A stretch of 64,000 nt of DNA from Camelus ferus (GCF_009834535.1 NC_045697.1:117678001-117742000), one strand, 5' to 3'; counted from the first letter of the stretch, positions 22,428 through 36,700 are shown. The notes: generated from the letters alone by a model not told the origin. Numbers and translations are program-made.

Positions 22428-23799
22428 TTATATAACTGAGTCACTTTGCTGTGAACCTGAAACTAACATAATACTGTAAATCAAATTTAAAACCTGGTGC
22501 TGGCACAAAACAGCTGCTCTACCTCTGATCAATGTTATTCAGGAACTTCCACCTGTTCTGCAGGAACTGTAACCTGGGATGGCTGAGCCTCCGGCAGACC
22601 TGGTGCCGGAGCTGGAGCGGAAGGCAAGCCCATGCCCGCATTCTGGCACCTTGCTTTCTGGCGTTGGGAATATTTAAAGACAAAGAAGAAGGACACCTGT
22701 ATCTCAGGCTGAATTTGGGGCTCCCCTCGGAAATCTTTTCCACGAGATTTATGAATTAAAGATTTGGTCTTCCTAAGTTTTGGAGAATTATCTAATACAA
22801 ATGGATCAGCATTCCTAGCTATTTAATATAAATCTCTGTCTATGGCTTTAGGAAATTTTCCAGATGAATCATACATCTGAGTTTGAAAAGATGCATTGTC
22901 TTTTTTTCTAACAGAGAATATAATGATATGTATTTAGGAGGACAAACATATAGAAACAGGTAAATATGGTACTTGAGACTTGAGCCTATGCCCCTTGAAA
23001 AATTATGGGGTTTTTGTTTGTGTTTTAGTGTGTTTTTAAAGGAAATATAGGAATTCCAGGAATAATTCTTACTTTATTGGCATTCCATTTTGGTTAGTAT
23101 AATTCCTAGGGAAAAATCTGGGCGATTGATTGGGTTAATTGTTTCCATTTGAAAACCAAGACAAAAGAGGTCTCATCCAGATGGCAAATCATGTACAGTG
23201 TTACTGACGGAATCACTCAAAGCAGAAGAGGTTTTATTAGACTCGCAGAAAGAGTATGTTTCAGATTTTACAATAGGTGGCATTTAGGGCCGTTTCACTG
23301 GTTTCATTAAGAACCCTTAAGTGTTGCTTTCAATAAATTTGTGGCTCTAAATGCGAATTGATCAGGAAGATGAGAAAAGCCAAGAAGGAGGACATGTGTT
23401 CAACCTGAAGGAAGTCCAAAGAAACTGGAATGTCAACATGTGAATAAAGCCCAGCAAATTTATGCAATTCCCATTGGGTTTTTTTTCTCCCATTGTTTTT
23501 GAAGCAATATTTTTTATCATCGCCACATTGACAAGTAGGCCAAGATATAGTTCAAGAAATAGGCCTCTTCGTTTTCACAGTTTATCAGGAGAATATTATT
23601 TTGTGAATAAGCAGAGCAGTCTGGATTTGAGAACTTGACTTTGGCCAAAAGCGAAGTAATAATTGAGGAGTTTTTCTAATACATAGATATATTTCTTTAG
23701 TTCATACAAATGTGAGGATCCCTTTTACTTATAAGGGATGAAATATTAAAATTTCTTCAGCGTTCTCCAAGCCCACATTGCTGTATTTAAATGGACTCA

Positions 23800-23937
23800 A
23801 AAAGGTAGAGCTCCATGTTAGAGCATGTGCTTAGCATGCGCGAGGTCCTGGGTTCAATCCACAATGCCTCCATTAAAATAAATAAGTAAATAAATAAACC
23901 TAATTCCTCCCCCCAAAGAAATAAGTTAAAAAAGAAA
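23800..23937 (+). mobile_element. Vic-1-type SINE with degenerate 5' end
   Basis: tgcttagcatgcgcgaggtcctgggttcaatcc plus the characteristic tail. Confidence 0.85.
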
Positions 23938-24744
23938 GGCGTCAATATAAAAGAGTTGCTTTGTCTAATTTTTGTTATTGAAGAAGATGGAAAAAAATTA
24001 ATAACCAGCAGCACTTTGTGATTGCAGCTCGGAGCAAAGCATAAAGCTCTTATCTGTAGTGTCCCCTAAAAAGAGGACTGGCCAGGGGACAGGAAGTCAG
24101 GAGAAGTGCCTCTTAAACTTGTGTCTTCTAAATAGAGGCACTCAACCCGCAGGTCAGGCTGCCAGTCCATGGGCTCCTGCCAACTGGTGACAGAATTCAT
24201 TTCTAACCTCTCACCACCTGGGTAAGACATTTACCAGCTAGGAGTAGGGAAATAAAAAATGAATTCCTAAAATAATACAAGAAGATACTTCAAACAGAAA
24301 CTAGCAGAGAACAAAAAAAAAAGCGTAAAAGATTTTAAGGCAGCAACAACATGATTTTGATATATTAAGAAAAGTTTAATAAAGGAAATTAAAAATGGAT
24401 GGCTAACGACAAACCTTTAATTCAGGAAATTGAAAGTCAGAATCCTCACAATACAAAACAATGATGCTATGGAAGTTACAGGCTGAATTTCCTATTCAGA
24501 GACAATAGTACCAGAATATCTTACGCTACAAAACTCTATTTCTTGGGACATAAATTTCCTATGGGCTATTAGTTAGGAAATTATTTTATAGATGGGAATA
24601 ATAAGTTCCAAGGAAGTAATGTGCCCCAGATTACATACCCAAGAAATGCAGTATTATAAGGATTGTCAGTTTGGAAACACACACACACGCACACATGCAC
24701 GCACATTACCTGACCTAGATTACAGTCGAGAAACCTGAAGACAG

Positions 24745-25700
24745 GAGGGCGTCGCCTACGTGATGGGCCCCTGGATCTTTGTGGATCTGACTCCCCACTT
24801 CGGGCACATGGGTCTTATCAAGGCTTCCAATTCGCTAGCCACTTTGGCTCATCCGGTCCAATTAGCATCACGGCATGAATACCGTGGATCCATGTGATGT
24901 TCTGTGGGTCATTCTGAGGACACAGGTCTCCTGGGAACACATCTGGACAGTGCAAGAGGGCGAACACAGCCCTGGGGCAAAGCTTTAAAGGGCTGGAAAT
25001 GTCTGGTCTGTTCCAAGTCCATGTCAGCTGTCCACAATCCTCTCTTCCAACTAGAATGGAAAAGAACAGGTCCCTCAAGTCCCCGGCCGTACAGCACGTA
25101 CCTTTGATTCTACTTGAGCAGGGACAGTCACCGCTGGCCCGCAGCTGCAGCTTGGATGCCGCCTGGGTGGACGTGTCAGGAGTCAGCTTCCTCCTGCGGC
25201 CAAGCGGCAGGTGGGCCAGCTCTGAGTCGCGTGTCAGCATCTGCTTTTTTGAACACTCCTGGCAGGAGCCACTGCGACTTGGCTTCCCGCTTGAAGCTGA
25301 GTCTGCGATGAAGATGGCTTTGCCAGACTTTTGTTCAAGGGTGCTCAGGGGAACCCACAGCTGGAGGAGAGAGACGGGAAATGGGGCTGGACAAGAGAGA
25401 AGCTGAGGTGTGATGATGTCCCAGCGAAATCTTCCCTCTTTGGACTCTGGTCTCTGGACTCTGCAGAGAGGTCTGGAGCAGGGATGGCCTTTCAGAGTTG
25501 TCCCTGGTGGGGGAGAGGGGCTGGGCCAATGGGCCCCAGGGTGCAAGCCAACCCCAGAGGCAGCTGTGACCGTGAGTGGGCCAGTCTCCTCCAGCCACAG
25601 CAATCCCCAGAAACAGACGCCAGCGGGGAGCATCTCCCGGGAGCACCCGGCGGCTGGAAGGACACGCCCCTCACTTTTTGGGAAACACAGGCTGCACATC
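24745..25700 (-). mobile_element. ERVL remnant: LTR16/LTR33-like LTR (~25280-25700) and reverse-transcriptase fragment (~24745-25070)
   Basis: Minus-strand translations QLTWTWN, ALPQGCV and PQNITWIHGIHAVMLIGPDE resemble ERVL RT (QFAFTW, VLPQGY, PQDITLVHYIDDIMLIGP); PBS-like tgccaggagtg after the LTR. Confidence 0.75.
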
Positions 25701-25714
25701 AGAGCACTTGCCGC

Positions 25715-27175
25715 TGTCAGATGACAGTATGTGGGGCCATTTCCGGGCTCTCTATTCCGCTCCTTTGTTCAACTTCTCCGTCTTCGCACAACTGTCACAT
25801 CATTTTAATTACTACGGCTTTATAATAAGTCTGAGTATTTGGAAGCATCCAGCATTGTTCTTCCAAGGATCATAAATTATCCCTCCATTTATTTAGTCTT
25901 CTTTCATCCTAATAAGGATTTTAATTTCCAGTGTAGAGGCTTTGAACCTCCTCTGACAGATTTATTCCTGGATATTTGACGTCTATTGGTGCTGTTGTAA
26001 TGGTATTTTTTTCCATTTCCTTTTTTGGTTATCTTGTTGATGGAATGCAAACGATTTCTGTCGATTGGACACATATGCAATAACGTTGTGACATTCAATT
26101 ATCAATTCTAAACATTTGTAAACTCTTTATGTTTTCTAGGCACAGAATGACTGTCCGTGAATAGCGATTGTTTAATTTTTTTCTTTTCCAATTATTCCGT
26201 CTTTTTTCCATGCCTCATTTTTCTGGCTTCATCTCCAGTACAGTGTTGAATGCTGTGTTAGCAATGAGCATCCTTATCTCATTCTTAATTTCAAGGAACA
26301 TCTCTTCAGTATGTCATCATCATGAAAGCTGCTTACGCTAGGATTTTTCAGATATTCTTATAGACTACTTAGAGGTTAAGATACTTCCCTTCTCTTTCTA
26401 GTATACCCAGAGGTTTTCATCAGGAGAATTAGTTAGCATTAGAATCAGTTGAATTTTGTCAATTGATTTTTCTTTTTCTTTTTTCCTTTTATCCATTTAT
26501 TATTAATTTTTAAAAATTTTTTATTGAAGTATTGACACGGTTACAATGTGTCAGTTTCTGGTGTGCAGCACCATGTCCCAGTCATGCGTACACATACGTA
26601 TATTCATCTTCATATTCTTTTTCATTAAAGGTTATTGCAAGATATTGAATACAGTTCCCTGGGCTATATAGAAGAAATTTGTTTTTTAATCTATTTTTCA
26701 TACGTATGATTTTTCTAAACCTATCAAAATCGTCATGTGATTTCTCTCCCCTCCCCCATCTTTTTCTTAGATTGGTAAGTCACACTGGTTTCTCAGTGTT
26801 TAACTCTGCACATGGGCAGAGCCTACCTGACATCAGCACGTGTACATATACACACACACACAAACACACTTCCTGAACTGGAAAGTACACATTTGATGAA
26901 GAGTGTCTGCATCTATGTCCACAACTGGTCTGTAGTGTTTCTTTCTTGTAACTTCCTTGTGGGAATTCCAAATCGATGGCTGAATGCTAGTATAAAAAGA
27001 ATGAGGAACTCTTCCCTTCTTTCCGTTTCTTGGAAGAATTTATGTCTGACTGGTGTTATTTCCTATTTACTTTTCTTTTTTCAATTTTTGGCAAGATACA
27101 CGAGTGAAGCTTTCCGGGCCTGGGGTTTTTACTGTGGGAAGGTTTTTTAAATGATGTATCCAACTTTAACGTTCA
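25715..27175 (-). mobile_element. Old L1M (L1ME-like) ORF2 fragments
   Basis: ggccatttccgggctctctattc...ttttaattactacggctttataataagtct; ctccagtacagtgttgaat; antisense old-L1 signatures. Confidence 0.7.
26474..26706 (-). mobile_element. Short young L1 3' end nested in old L1
   Basis: Reverse complement of the camelid L1 3' UTR; probable TSD tgatttttct (26464-26473 / 26707-26716). Confidence 0.88.
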
Positions 27176-30100
27176 GACTGTTCAGGGGCGACATCCAAGC
27201 CCTCTTCACCGAGTGGTTCTTACTTACCAAGTAACATGTCAAGTGTACATGACGCCCCACAGTGACAGAGGCTGATGCGAAGGTAATCCCGTGAAGCTAA
27301 AAGGAGCTTGTGTTGAAAACACAAAGGTGAGATGCATGGCCCTTCTTTTGTGGAATGCATTCTCTGTAGGGGGAGACGGGCTTTTGTCAAATATACAGCC
27401 ATAAATATCATACTTCAATCTTGAAGAATTTAAAGAGAGGTTCGGGACAGCACAAGCGTTCATAATCGGAAGATTTGGGTCTCTGGGTGTATTAGGGGTA
27501 ACTTTCTTAAAGAAATTCTATTTGTGCATAATTAAATACTTCCAACTTATCTGTGTTTATTCTTTATAATTATTCATCTTTAAAAACATCCTGTTAACAT
27601 AGCTGCTCCTCCACGGAGCTCCTCCGAGATGGGCTGTGGGTGCCCTCCAGTCTCTCCTATGGTCCGGGGTATCCCCCAGGAGGGGCGCCTGCTTCCTCGG
27701 CCACCTCCTCCCTCTGCCCAAGGAGGGGGCGGCTGGGTTTCTCATTCTCCTCCAGCTGCCATTGCTTCTCCCCGCCACACGGGGTCTCTGTTGACAGCTG
27801 GTCCTCCACCGTCGGCCAGGTGAGGCGTCCCTGCATCTCTCCCAGCATCCGCCCGCTTTGGACGCACATCTCCCTGAGCCAGATGCAGGGAGCACTGCTT
27901 CCACATTTTCCCAAAAACTGTCTCTGCAGTTCTGAGCCCTCCCTTTATAACTCTCAAAACTCCCCTCTGCCCCTCTGTCCAGGTCAGCACCGGCCCTTGT
28001 GAGGACCGTTAGACTAAAAGTCCCGGCTCTAACAGCAGGCAAAACACAGCAGAGGCCCAGAGCCCCTTTTACAGACCCGGGAAGTGACTGCGTTTGCTCA
28101 GAAAAGGGCAGGGATCTATTTCCAGAGCTCAAAGGAAATTTTCTTCCTAAGGATGACTTCCTAGCACCTCTCTCTCTAGATCAAAGAAACACAAACAGGC
28201 GTTTAACTTGGGGAGATGTATGCCAATTAAATACTCTTTAATTAAACATCTTTTCTTTTGTTCTAGCAAACATCGGTATGGAGAAAAAATAATAATTAGT
28301 CATAATCTCCTGAAGATACGCTATGTATCTAATTACAGCATTCAGGCTGCCCCAGGGTTGGGGGGGGGGTCCCTTCTCTGTTATGAGGAATGCAACTCTT
28401 TAAACCTTTCCTTGGTTACTATTTTCTATCTCTTTCTTAATTTTCCTCATTCTTCCCTGACCTTTTCTAGTTTGTCCACATCTTTTAGAAAGTATAGCGA
28501 CCAAAAGTAGCCACAGTTTCCTCATGAAGGGTTCATGAATGCATAATACAGCAGAAAGATTGCTTCCAAATGCCCACAAATTATTCCTTTTAATAAATTC
28601 CAGAATCCTTACTTACTTGGGTTCAGCATCAAGATTCCAAGTTTCCTTTTATATTTTTGTCTGGTCAGTCCTTTCCATTTGTTAACTTCTACTAACTGTT
28701 ATCCTGCTTTAGAAACCAGTATTTTTGCTCATGCCACTTTGATCTTTATTTTAACATTTGAGGAAAAGATGGCAAGATTTCCAAATCCAAGATTATTTCA
28801 CATCTCAAACCCTTTGCATGCATGAGACTGATCATTCAGTAGTTTCCATGTATTGACCTTTAAAATAATTACCTTGTATTCTCCCCCCAATATCTGAACA
28901 CTTATTTTAAAAAGGCACAATTCAGATAGTAACTTACAATGCCCTGCTGATTCCGGGCAAATTTAATAGCATTTTCTCCAACTTAACAATGATGCAACTC
29001 TTTTGTACAAAACAAAGACCCGTTTCTATTACGTGTCTTTCAATAAAGTGCTATGACAGAGGAGAATATTTTATTTTAGTTTTAACACTAATGTATCTGG
29101 AAGCAAATAGGTAGATAGAATAATTTCTCTGTATTTTTTATTGCACCATTATTTTAAGTAAGGTCATATGTATAAGTTCTATAGCATACAGTTACACTGT
29201 TCGGCAGACAACACAATTTATTGTATTGTTCTACTATAATTTATTGAATCAAACACCCTCAAGTCTATGAATCTTGAAATGACATTGGAAATCATCACAT
29301 AAATCCCCACAATTAGGACTCTGAGGTTCAAGCTTAAGAGATTTGTCTAAAATCAATTAGTTAGTGATCAAAACTGGATTAGAAACCCATTTTTCTGAGG
29401 CAAAAATCCAAGGTTCTTTCGTCTACACAACACCATCCTCTGAACTTGCCACTTCAGTAACTTTTCATGAAAAAGTCCATTGGGAATAACATTGAGAAGC
29501 TTTCAGTCTATGAACTCAAGTACCAAATAACTGTAGCTTTGCAGCAAAAAAAAAATCATTAATTTTTTGTAAATATGATTTGTAATTAGTACTAAATGAA
29601 ATTTGAGACGTATTTTCAAAGAAGATAATAAATAAACATTGTCAATCATTGCCTGATGGTCTTGCTGGCTTTAAACCCACTGTATCTCTGTTCTGTATCG
29701 ACCCCCTACTGTACCCAGCAAAGCCGAGCTGAAACTCCGCGGGTTACACCTAACAGACTTCAACAAAAGCAGCTCTCAGGACCCAGAGGAAGATTAGGGG
29801 ACAGCGGGAGGGGCAGAGGACATCGTCGTTACCCAAGCAGGGCCAGCTGGATTCAGCATCCAGCCTCCTCCGCCTCCTTGCTCCCGCCCAGAGATGGCAG
29901 AGCAGCCAGGCCGGGCCTTCCATGCAGAAAGTTGCCCCAGATTCTGGGGGTACGAGTACCTCTTTTTACTCCCCTGACCTAGACTGGGAGCTACTTCCTG
30001 CTCTTACTCTATGAGGGTTCGGGGTTTCTCTTTGCTCCTAAATCCTCCAGCGCCTCGGTAGCAAATTTCCTGTATTAAATCCTCCCTATTTAAAAGCTTC

Positions 30101-30468
30101 TGACCCCTGACAGGTAAGGTTGGCCCGGTCAAAAGAAAGATTGGACATTTGTTTCTCTTTATTTTTTAGAATTTTGTACTATGAAGTTCAGAATTATCTA
30201 CTGTTAGAACAAAAGAGAGAGAGAGAGAAAATCAGAGCATGGTGTGACTATCTACTTTCCTTGGACAAAAACTCTACAAGTCATCATGAGAAACAAGGTA
30301 CCTTATGCTAGAATTAAATTCTGAAGTCAGTGTGCAAAATAGAAATAGGGTCCAATCAAATTAGCCTTGAAAGTCTCTTAAATAATTCATTACTACGGCA
30401 CAAGCAGCTTTGAGCAAAGTGCTGTATTGTAAATATTTATCAAATATGTGCATAAAAGGCAAAGGATA

Positions 30469-30989
30469 CGTTACCGCGTCCAAACTCGTTCTGTTCACCG
30501 CATGACAAGCCAATGAATCGAGAGATGGGGTGTTGGGGCAAGGAATAACCACTCTATTTGGAAAGCCAGCAGACTGAGAAGACAGGGGACTAACATTCCT
30601 GGAGAACCATCTTCCTCAAGTCAGAATTCAGGCTCCTTTTATACTAAAAGGGGCAGGGGGTGTAGTTGGTTGCTGCAAACTTCTTGGTGTAGGAATCCTT
30701 TGTTCTTGCAGCCGTCCACGTGGGTCAGGTCATGGTGTCCTGCAAACCTCCAACAAGACAAGTGTTAGTTTCTATTCTGCAACTTTTTGCCTCTATATGA
30801 TTGGAAAAGTGTTATCCCCTTAAAGGTCAGAGCCTTGAGGGTGGGCTTTCCTGTGTATTTCAGGCTGTAGGCAACATTCTGTTACAAAAGGTACAGAACC
30901 AGCTGTGACTGAGCCCAGGAAACAGAGCCCAGGGTTAGAGCCAAAGGAACAGGTCTAATACGGAGTCAGGTTTTTTCTTCCCTATTACA
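30469..30989 (-). mobile_element. ERV1-class solo LTR
   Basis: Ends ...ccctattaca (TGTAATAGGG start on minus); TATA-like ccttttatac; U5-like gttaccg...aagccaat...gagagatggggtgttggggcaaggaa. Confidence 0.7.
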
Positions 30990-33384
30990 TATGTTTTTCA
31001 TAGTATTCATGCAAAATATAATTTAATTTTTTGTTGTTTTTGAACATTTATGGTTGAAGCTTTATAGTTTAAATTTAAATGTAATGCAACTAGGTCAGGT
31101 ATTTGTAGAATTGGGAGAGGATATAAAAATTAAAATGTGAGCAATTTCCTTAGGATATAGTTTTGAAATCCAAGAGGAGTAACATTAGCTAGCCAAGTTT
31201 AGTTGTCTCTAAATATAAAACTCAAAATGTGTATACATGTAAGCACTTGTGTTAATTAGAAAGGACTGAATGTACTTCCTACAGCACATCTATTTTATAC
31301 GAAGTCCTCGGAGGATTTAATAACTGGAGTGAATAAAATTCTAATTTTAAATAATTATTTCTAATAATTAATTACAAATAAGCACACAGTGTTACTCTGG
31401 AAAAAAAAATGACAGTTCTTCCATTTTTGAAATCTGTTGTTATTAACTTTTTGCAGAATGTCATTCTCATCCTATTAATGCATCATATCATAAAGATGAA
31501 GAAAAAGAGTTGGATTTTTTAAAAGCAAGTTTTCATAGGCAGGAATCTTGCCATATAGTCTTAAGTATGATGATTAGTCTTTTATTAATGTAACTAATTT
31601 GTATCCTGGTGAATTCTTATGATTTACACAAATGTAATTTTATTAATGATTTTGCTTTAGAGATTCATATTATTTCTCTTAGAATTTACATCACTATCAG
31701 CTCTGCTTTCCTTATATTCATCCAGTCATGTTATTCTCTGTATTTATTCACGCATGTTATCCTCTAAGGTTTTGGAAGAACTGTTTTCTGGAAATAACAA
31801 CAGAAACACAAACATTATGCTGCACACCAGAAATTGACACAACATTGTACACTGATTATAATTTTTAAAAACTGATAGAAACAATTATGGGAAATGGCTC
31901 ACTTGTTTAATTACACAGAACAACTTAGAAAATTATAAATACATCATAACAATATATATGTTTAATTACTAAAACGGATTCCTCTTGATTTATCCTTCTT
32001 AATCAAGTGGCATCCTGTGATAACTTCATTGGTGAGGCACAGTGTCTCTTCTATTATATTCCAGAAGTATGTGAATTACAATCCACTACTGTCCCCAGCC
32101 ATCAGCTGGATGACAATGAAGTGGTTATAAAAATTCCAAAAATCACCTTCTCACAATATGCAAATTAGAAGATAAAATGGTTATTTGAGTGATCTTTATC
32201 GGTATGAGAAAAGTGTTTGTTGCTTTGCGTCCTTTGCTTGGAGCAACTTTTGAATCGAAACTCCATCTGCTTAATTCATAAACTTAGTCTTTAAAAATCA
32301 CTCAGCTTCAGCTGCACACACCAGGTTCCTGACTGCATTAGATGCTCTAGTGTAGTGAGCCGTCTCCAGGTATGAGAGTCCTGGGCAAAGCCTGAGCCTC
32401 CTCCCTCCCCTCCCCTTTCTGTGAGCTTGTCCTCCATCCAGGGCATCCCAGGGCCACACAGACGGTCGTCTCTGGGCCGGCCACCCCTGGTGTCCACAGG
32501 GAGCGCTCTGGGCTTGGCCTCCTCCTTCTGTCCCATTTCCCCCACCCAGCCACATTCCTTAAAACACAAGCCACCTGTCACAGCTGGAGGTCAGTCGTGT
32601 GATAAAAGAATTCATACAGTGGAATGTAAAGGAAAACTGCCCCAGGACTTTGCAAAAACAACCCAAAAACTGATTTTTGGAGGTGATATGATTTGAGATA
32701 AACTGATAAATCCCTAACGGTGAAATTTTAGTCAGTGTAGCGGGCCAGCAGGAACCAATGTGGGGACTGAGTTCTTAGGGTACAGACACATCCTTTCACT
32801 CCCCTGCCTTTCAGCTTTGAAAAGCAGTACCGAGCATAGCAAGAGGGGAAAGGTCTCCATGAGGGTCCACGAGCTTTGAAGTCTGACATTTTTTATTTCA
32901 CTTTGAACAATTTCTTGGATAATTCAGGTACACACATTGTAATCTTTGAACTGAGGAAGCCGAGCCAGAGAAAAACAAATCCAATCTCACTTCAAAGAAA
33001 GACATGGACCACAGTCTTCACCATAAATTAATGTGATTATTGTTTGTTTGGCCACCGCAAAGACGATTGAATTTTTAACCAGTTAAAGACGGGATCTGGG
33101 GCATGATTTTATAAAACCTAAGCCAGATTAGCTTGTTTTATTTGGATCCTGGTTTATCTCAAGAGTTGGAATTCAAATTATCTTCAGAGCCTGATCTAAG
33201 CCCAGGCCATCCTTACAAGAACTGCTTACCTTAGAATCCTGGTGTTTAGCAAAGAAATGAATATTCATCTTCAAGAACAAATAGGTAGATCATAAGTTTA
33301 TTCAAAAATTAAGGATTTTTAATGTCTCTGTAAGAAAATTAATATTTAAAGGCACACTCAGAAATGACCTCTTTGCAACTTGGA

Positions 33385-33735
33385 TGTGTCCTCAAATGAA
33401 ACCACAGGTATCTTGTGAAAAGTGCGGATGACAATTCAGTAGGTCTAGGGTGGAGCCCAGGAAACTGCTTTTCTATTAAATGCCCAGAGGAAGCTGGCAC
33501 TGCTGGCCTCCCTTGAATGGAAGGTTCCAGAACAGTGTTTCCAACAGAACTTCTGCAACAGTGAAAATATTCTCTAACCGTGCTTTCAAATAGGAGAGGC
33601 ACAAAGCATAGCTGGCAAGTAAGCCACTGAAATATGGCAAGTGAGAGTGAATTTTTAATTTTGGTAAACTTAAGTTGACTAAAGGCTAAATTGTCAGATA
33701 TGGCTAGCGGGTATCATAATGAACACTGCTACTCC
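33385..33735. mobile_element. MER5A-like and MER3-like hAT transposon fragments
   Basis: aattcagtaggtctagggtggagcccagga (MER5A-like); cagtgtttccaacagaacttctgcaacagtgaaaatattct (MER3-like). Confidence 0.7.
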
Positions 33736-36700
33736 CAGACCCCTAACGGTGTCTGAGAACTGACAGAAGTGAATCCAGCAAAGACCTGGGATGTCTCAGT
33801 GCAATCAATCGCCTTTTTCTAATAAGAGGTGTATCTCCCAGAGTAACACATTGACATTTTGAGGTAAACCCTCAGAATGATGTACACATGCTGGAGTCAT
33901 GGTAGTGATCCAAAGGAAAAGTTTAAGGACTATCTTGATTCACATGATAAAGAGAGAACTAAAGAGGAAAGAGGGGGAAAAATAGTACAGGACGGCAAGA
34001 GAAAGGTTTAAAAGATTCGGAGTGTTGGAGGGACGACCATCATGCTTGAGCATCTCTAGAGAGACAGAAAGATAACCTGAATAAACATAGGAAATTTCCC
34101 TAGGTCTCAGGTGTTTTTCCATAAAACTCCTTATTACTCTCCTTTTTTTTGTGTGTGTGCAATTAGATACAGTTGTCTTTGCATGTGTTACCTCCCATGT
34201 CCACATCAATGGGAAAGCCAAGAAAGGCAGGTGGCTCTAAGCTGAGCCTGTGACCTTTATCCCTGCCCAGTCTCCATCCTTCACCTCCGCTGAACTCTGG
34301 AATTGACTCCCGACTTGCATCTTCGCGATCTGTGGAAATTGTGGTTGCAACCGTGATTGTTAAAGAGGATAAGAGATTTAGCACATCAAATTGTAAAATA
34401 AAATTTCTTAACATAGTTCTATCCTTATGAAACTTGCATCCTCAACACTGCTTAAACCTTCAGATAGCCCTGTCTTCTGGCGTTTTATTCCCCATGAAGC
34501 AGCGGACTCACAGTCAGCTGGGAAGAGAAGTCTAGGAGGCTGACTATGTCACGGGGCTCTCTGACCCATGTTTTTCAGCAGTTTTATGCTGTCTTTTGAC
34601 CTAGATATCTCTTTATAACCTTTCTGGCCTGATAATCGACTCCGGATTTCCTGCCTACCTGTGAGAGATTCCTGCAACAGATTTTTGCAGACTTTCCCGT
34701 TCATCAGTTGAGCCCACAAAATCCCTGCTTAAAATATGACATTGGTGAAAGCTATGAAGAAAACAGCTATTGTTCAGACTGGAAATGTCTGCGGCCAAGA
34801 ATAGCAGCACCTTCTCTGGTGCTGCGTCTGTCATCAGTCTCCTCGTTCCCAGCAATTCCACACCAGCATGCGGGGAATTTGTTGAACAAAGAAAAATTGA
34901 ATTAATGAGCCAACAAAAATGATCGACTTCAAAGACGGAATGGAGGTGGAAAAGGTGAGCGAAAGAATGAACGTGTTCAGCGATGTTGGTGCCTCGCGTG
35001 ACTCTTCTAAAAGATGTCACCCATCAACCTTTGAATAAACAAAACATGCCCTAACGGTTGGCACTACGATCGCCTCTTCCGGGGCAGGTTTGGACAAGAT
35101 CCCAGTGAATATATCACCGACACTCATGTCCAGCACTCTAAACCCTAAGCCGTTCTGTTGACTCTTCAGAGCCTCTGATGCCTATTTAACTAATTCATTT
35201 ATACCAGCTGCTGTGACTCTGCGTGTAAGTACACAGTGGTTCCTACTAGCCCCTGCCTGGAAAGGAGAACGTTGAAAATCTCTGTATAAACGCACAAGTC
35301 TTCCTGCTTGGGATGTGGCTCTGATACATCAGCACCTGAGAGTGCGGTAAGGAGTTGAAGACAGATACTCCTCAGGGTTCTAGCCACTAGATAGAGCAGG
35401 ACTTAACACCAGGAGACTGGGCTCCGCAGCCAAAACAAACAAGGCAGCAGAAGACAGACCCGTCAGAAAGTCAGGACTGACGTATAAACAGGCATGAGCT
35501 ACCAAAAACAGGTGTCAAAAGGCACACGTGTGAGTGTTCAGTTCAGCCTACGATTGAGTCCAGACTCTGCAGAATGTGGCTCTGGGTGATTATTCATGGC
35601 CTGTAGAAATTTTACAGCTGAGATTAGTAGTCATAGTCAAGTTAAACAGAGCATTGAGACACTTTAGGGTAATGGCTTCAAACAATCTGATAAATACTTG
35701 CTCCAATTCTGTGCCTCACGGGGGGATCATGGTGACACGGTGGTGCTGCAGGAAAAAGCAGCTTGAGGAATCTAAATAGCATGGAATTAAAATGTGTCCA
35801 CAACTAGAATTTGTGAAGCAATGTCCTTTAATCCAACTCTTAGGGCTCTCCCTATTTGGAAGCATTTGAAACAATTTGCCACGGTTTCCTTCTCTGTTGG
35901 ATGAAGAAAATGTCGTCACCCTAAATTTAGCACATGAAACGATGCATTGAAACATGTAAAAATTACAACCTGAAATTCCGCACGCGCGAAACAGGATCCA
36001 AAACATTTGTTGGGGTTAATAATGACTCACTTCTCGCTTTAAGAGTTAAATTTGCCTTGAGCAGAAATGTACACTTTACCCTCAGAATTTCACTCAGGTA
36101 ACCTAGCATCTTCCTAGAGAGCGCATATGAAAACGGGGGAGTCCCCGGACCCCGCTCCCTGCAGATTCTGACCTAGTAGGTGTGGGACGGTCACTCAGGG
36201 TGGCTCAGGGGTAAACGGTGACCAGACCACCTTGCCGACGCTGCCCGTGACCGCCCCGCTGCAGAAGGCTGAGTCTCTGTCTCACCCACGGAGCACCTGC
36301 TGCTCCCCTAAGGTCAGGAGTTCCTCTGTGATGAATGCACCTGTGAAAGCAATCACACTGGGTGCTCCATCAAGCTGCTTTACTCTCTGATAAGTATATG
36401 AAGTCTTAGGAGGAAAACTGCTGCTTCTTGGCCTCACCATTGAAATAATTCTTTTTATCCCTGTTACCAAGTTCTGATGCCCAGTTCAGGGGAAAGGATG
36501 AAGTAAGTTTGATGCATGGTGAAATAATTTTCCTTGATAATGTTTTTCTACTCAAGACATTTTTTTCTTATCCTTTTTGGAAAATGTTAAAAATACATAA
36601 AGATTATGTAGTTGAATAAATCAACATCTGACAATAAGATGTTTTCCCCTCATTGTCAGATGTGTGTGTATGCGTGTGTGTGACAGAGACAAGGAAAAGA

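Noticed and set aside
27657..27914. GKCGS motif reminiscent of a cystine-knot protein (CER1)
   Set aside because: Five-residue coincidence with no surrounding homology or cysteine spacing.
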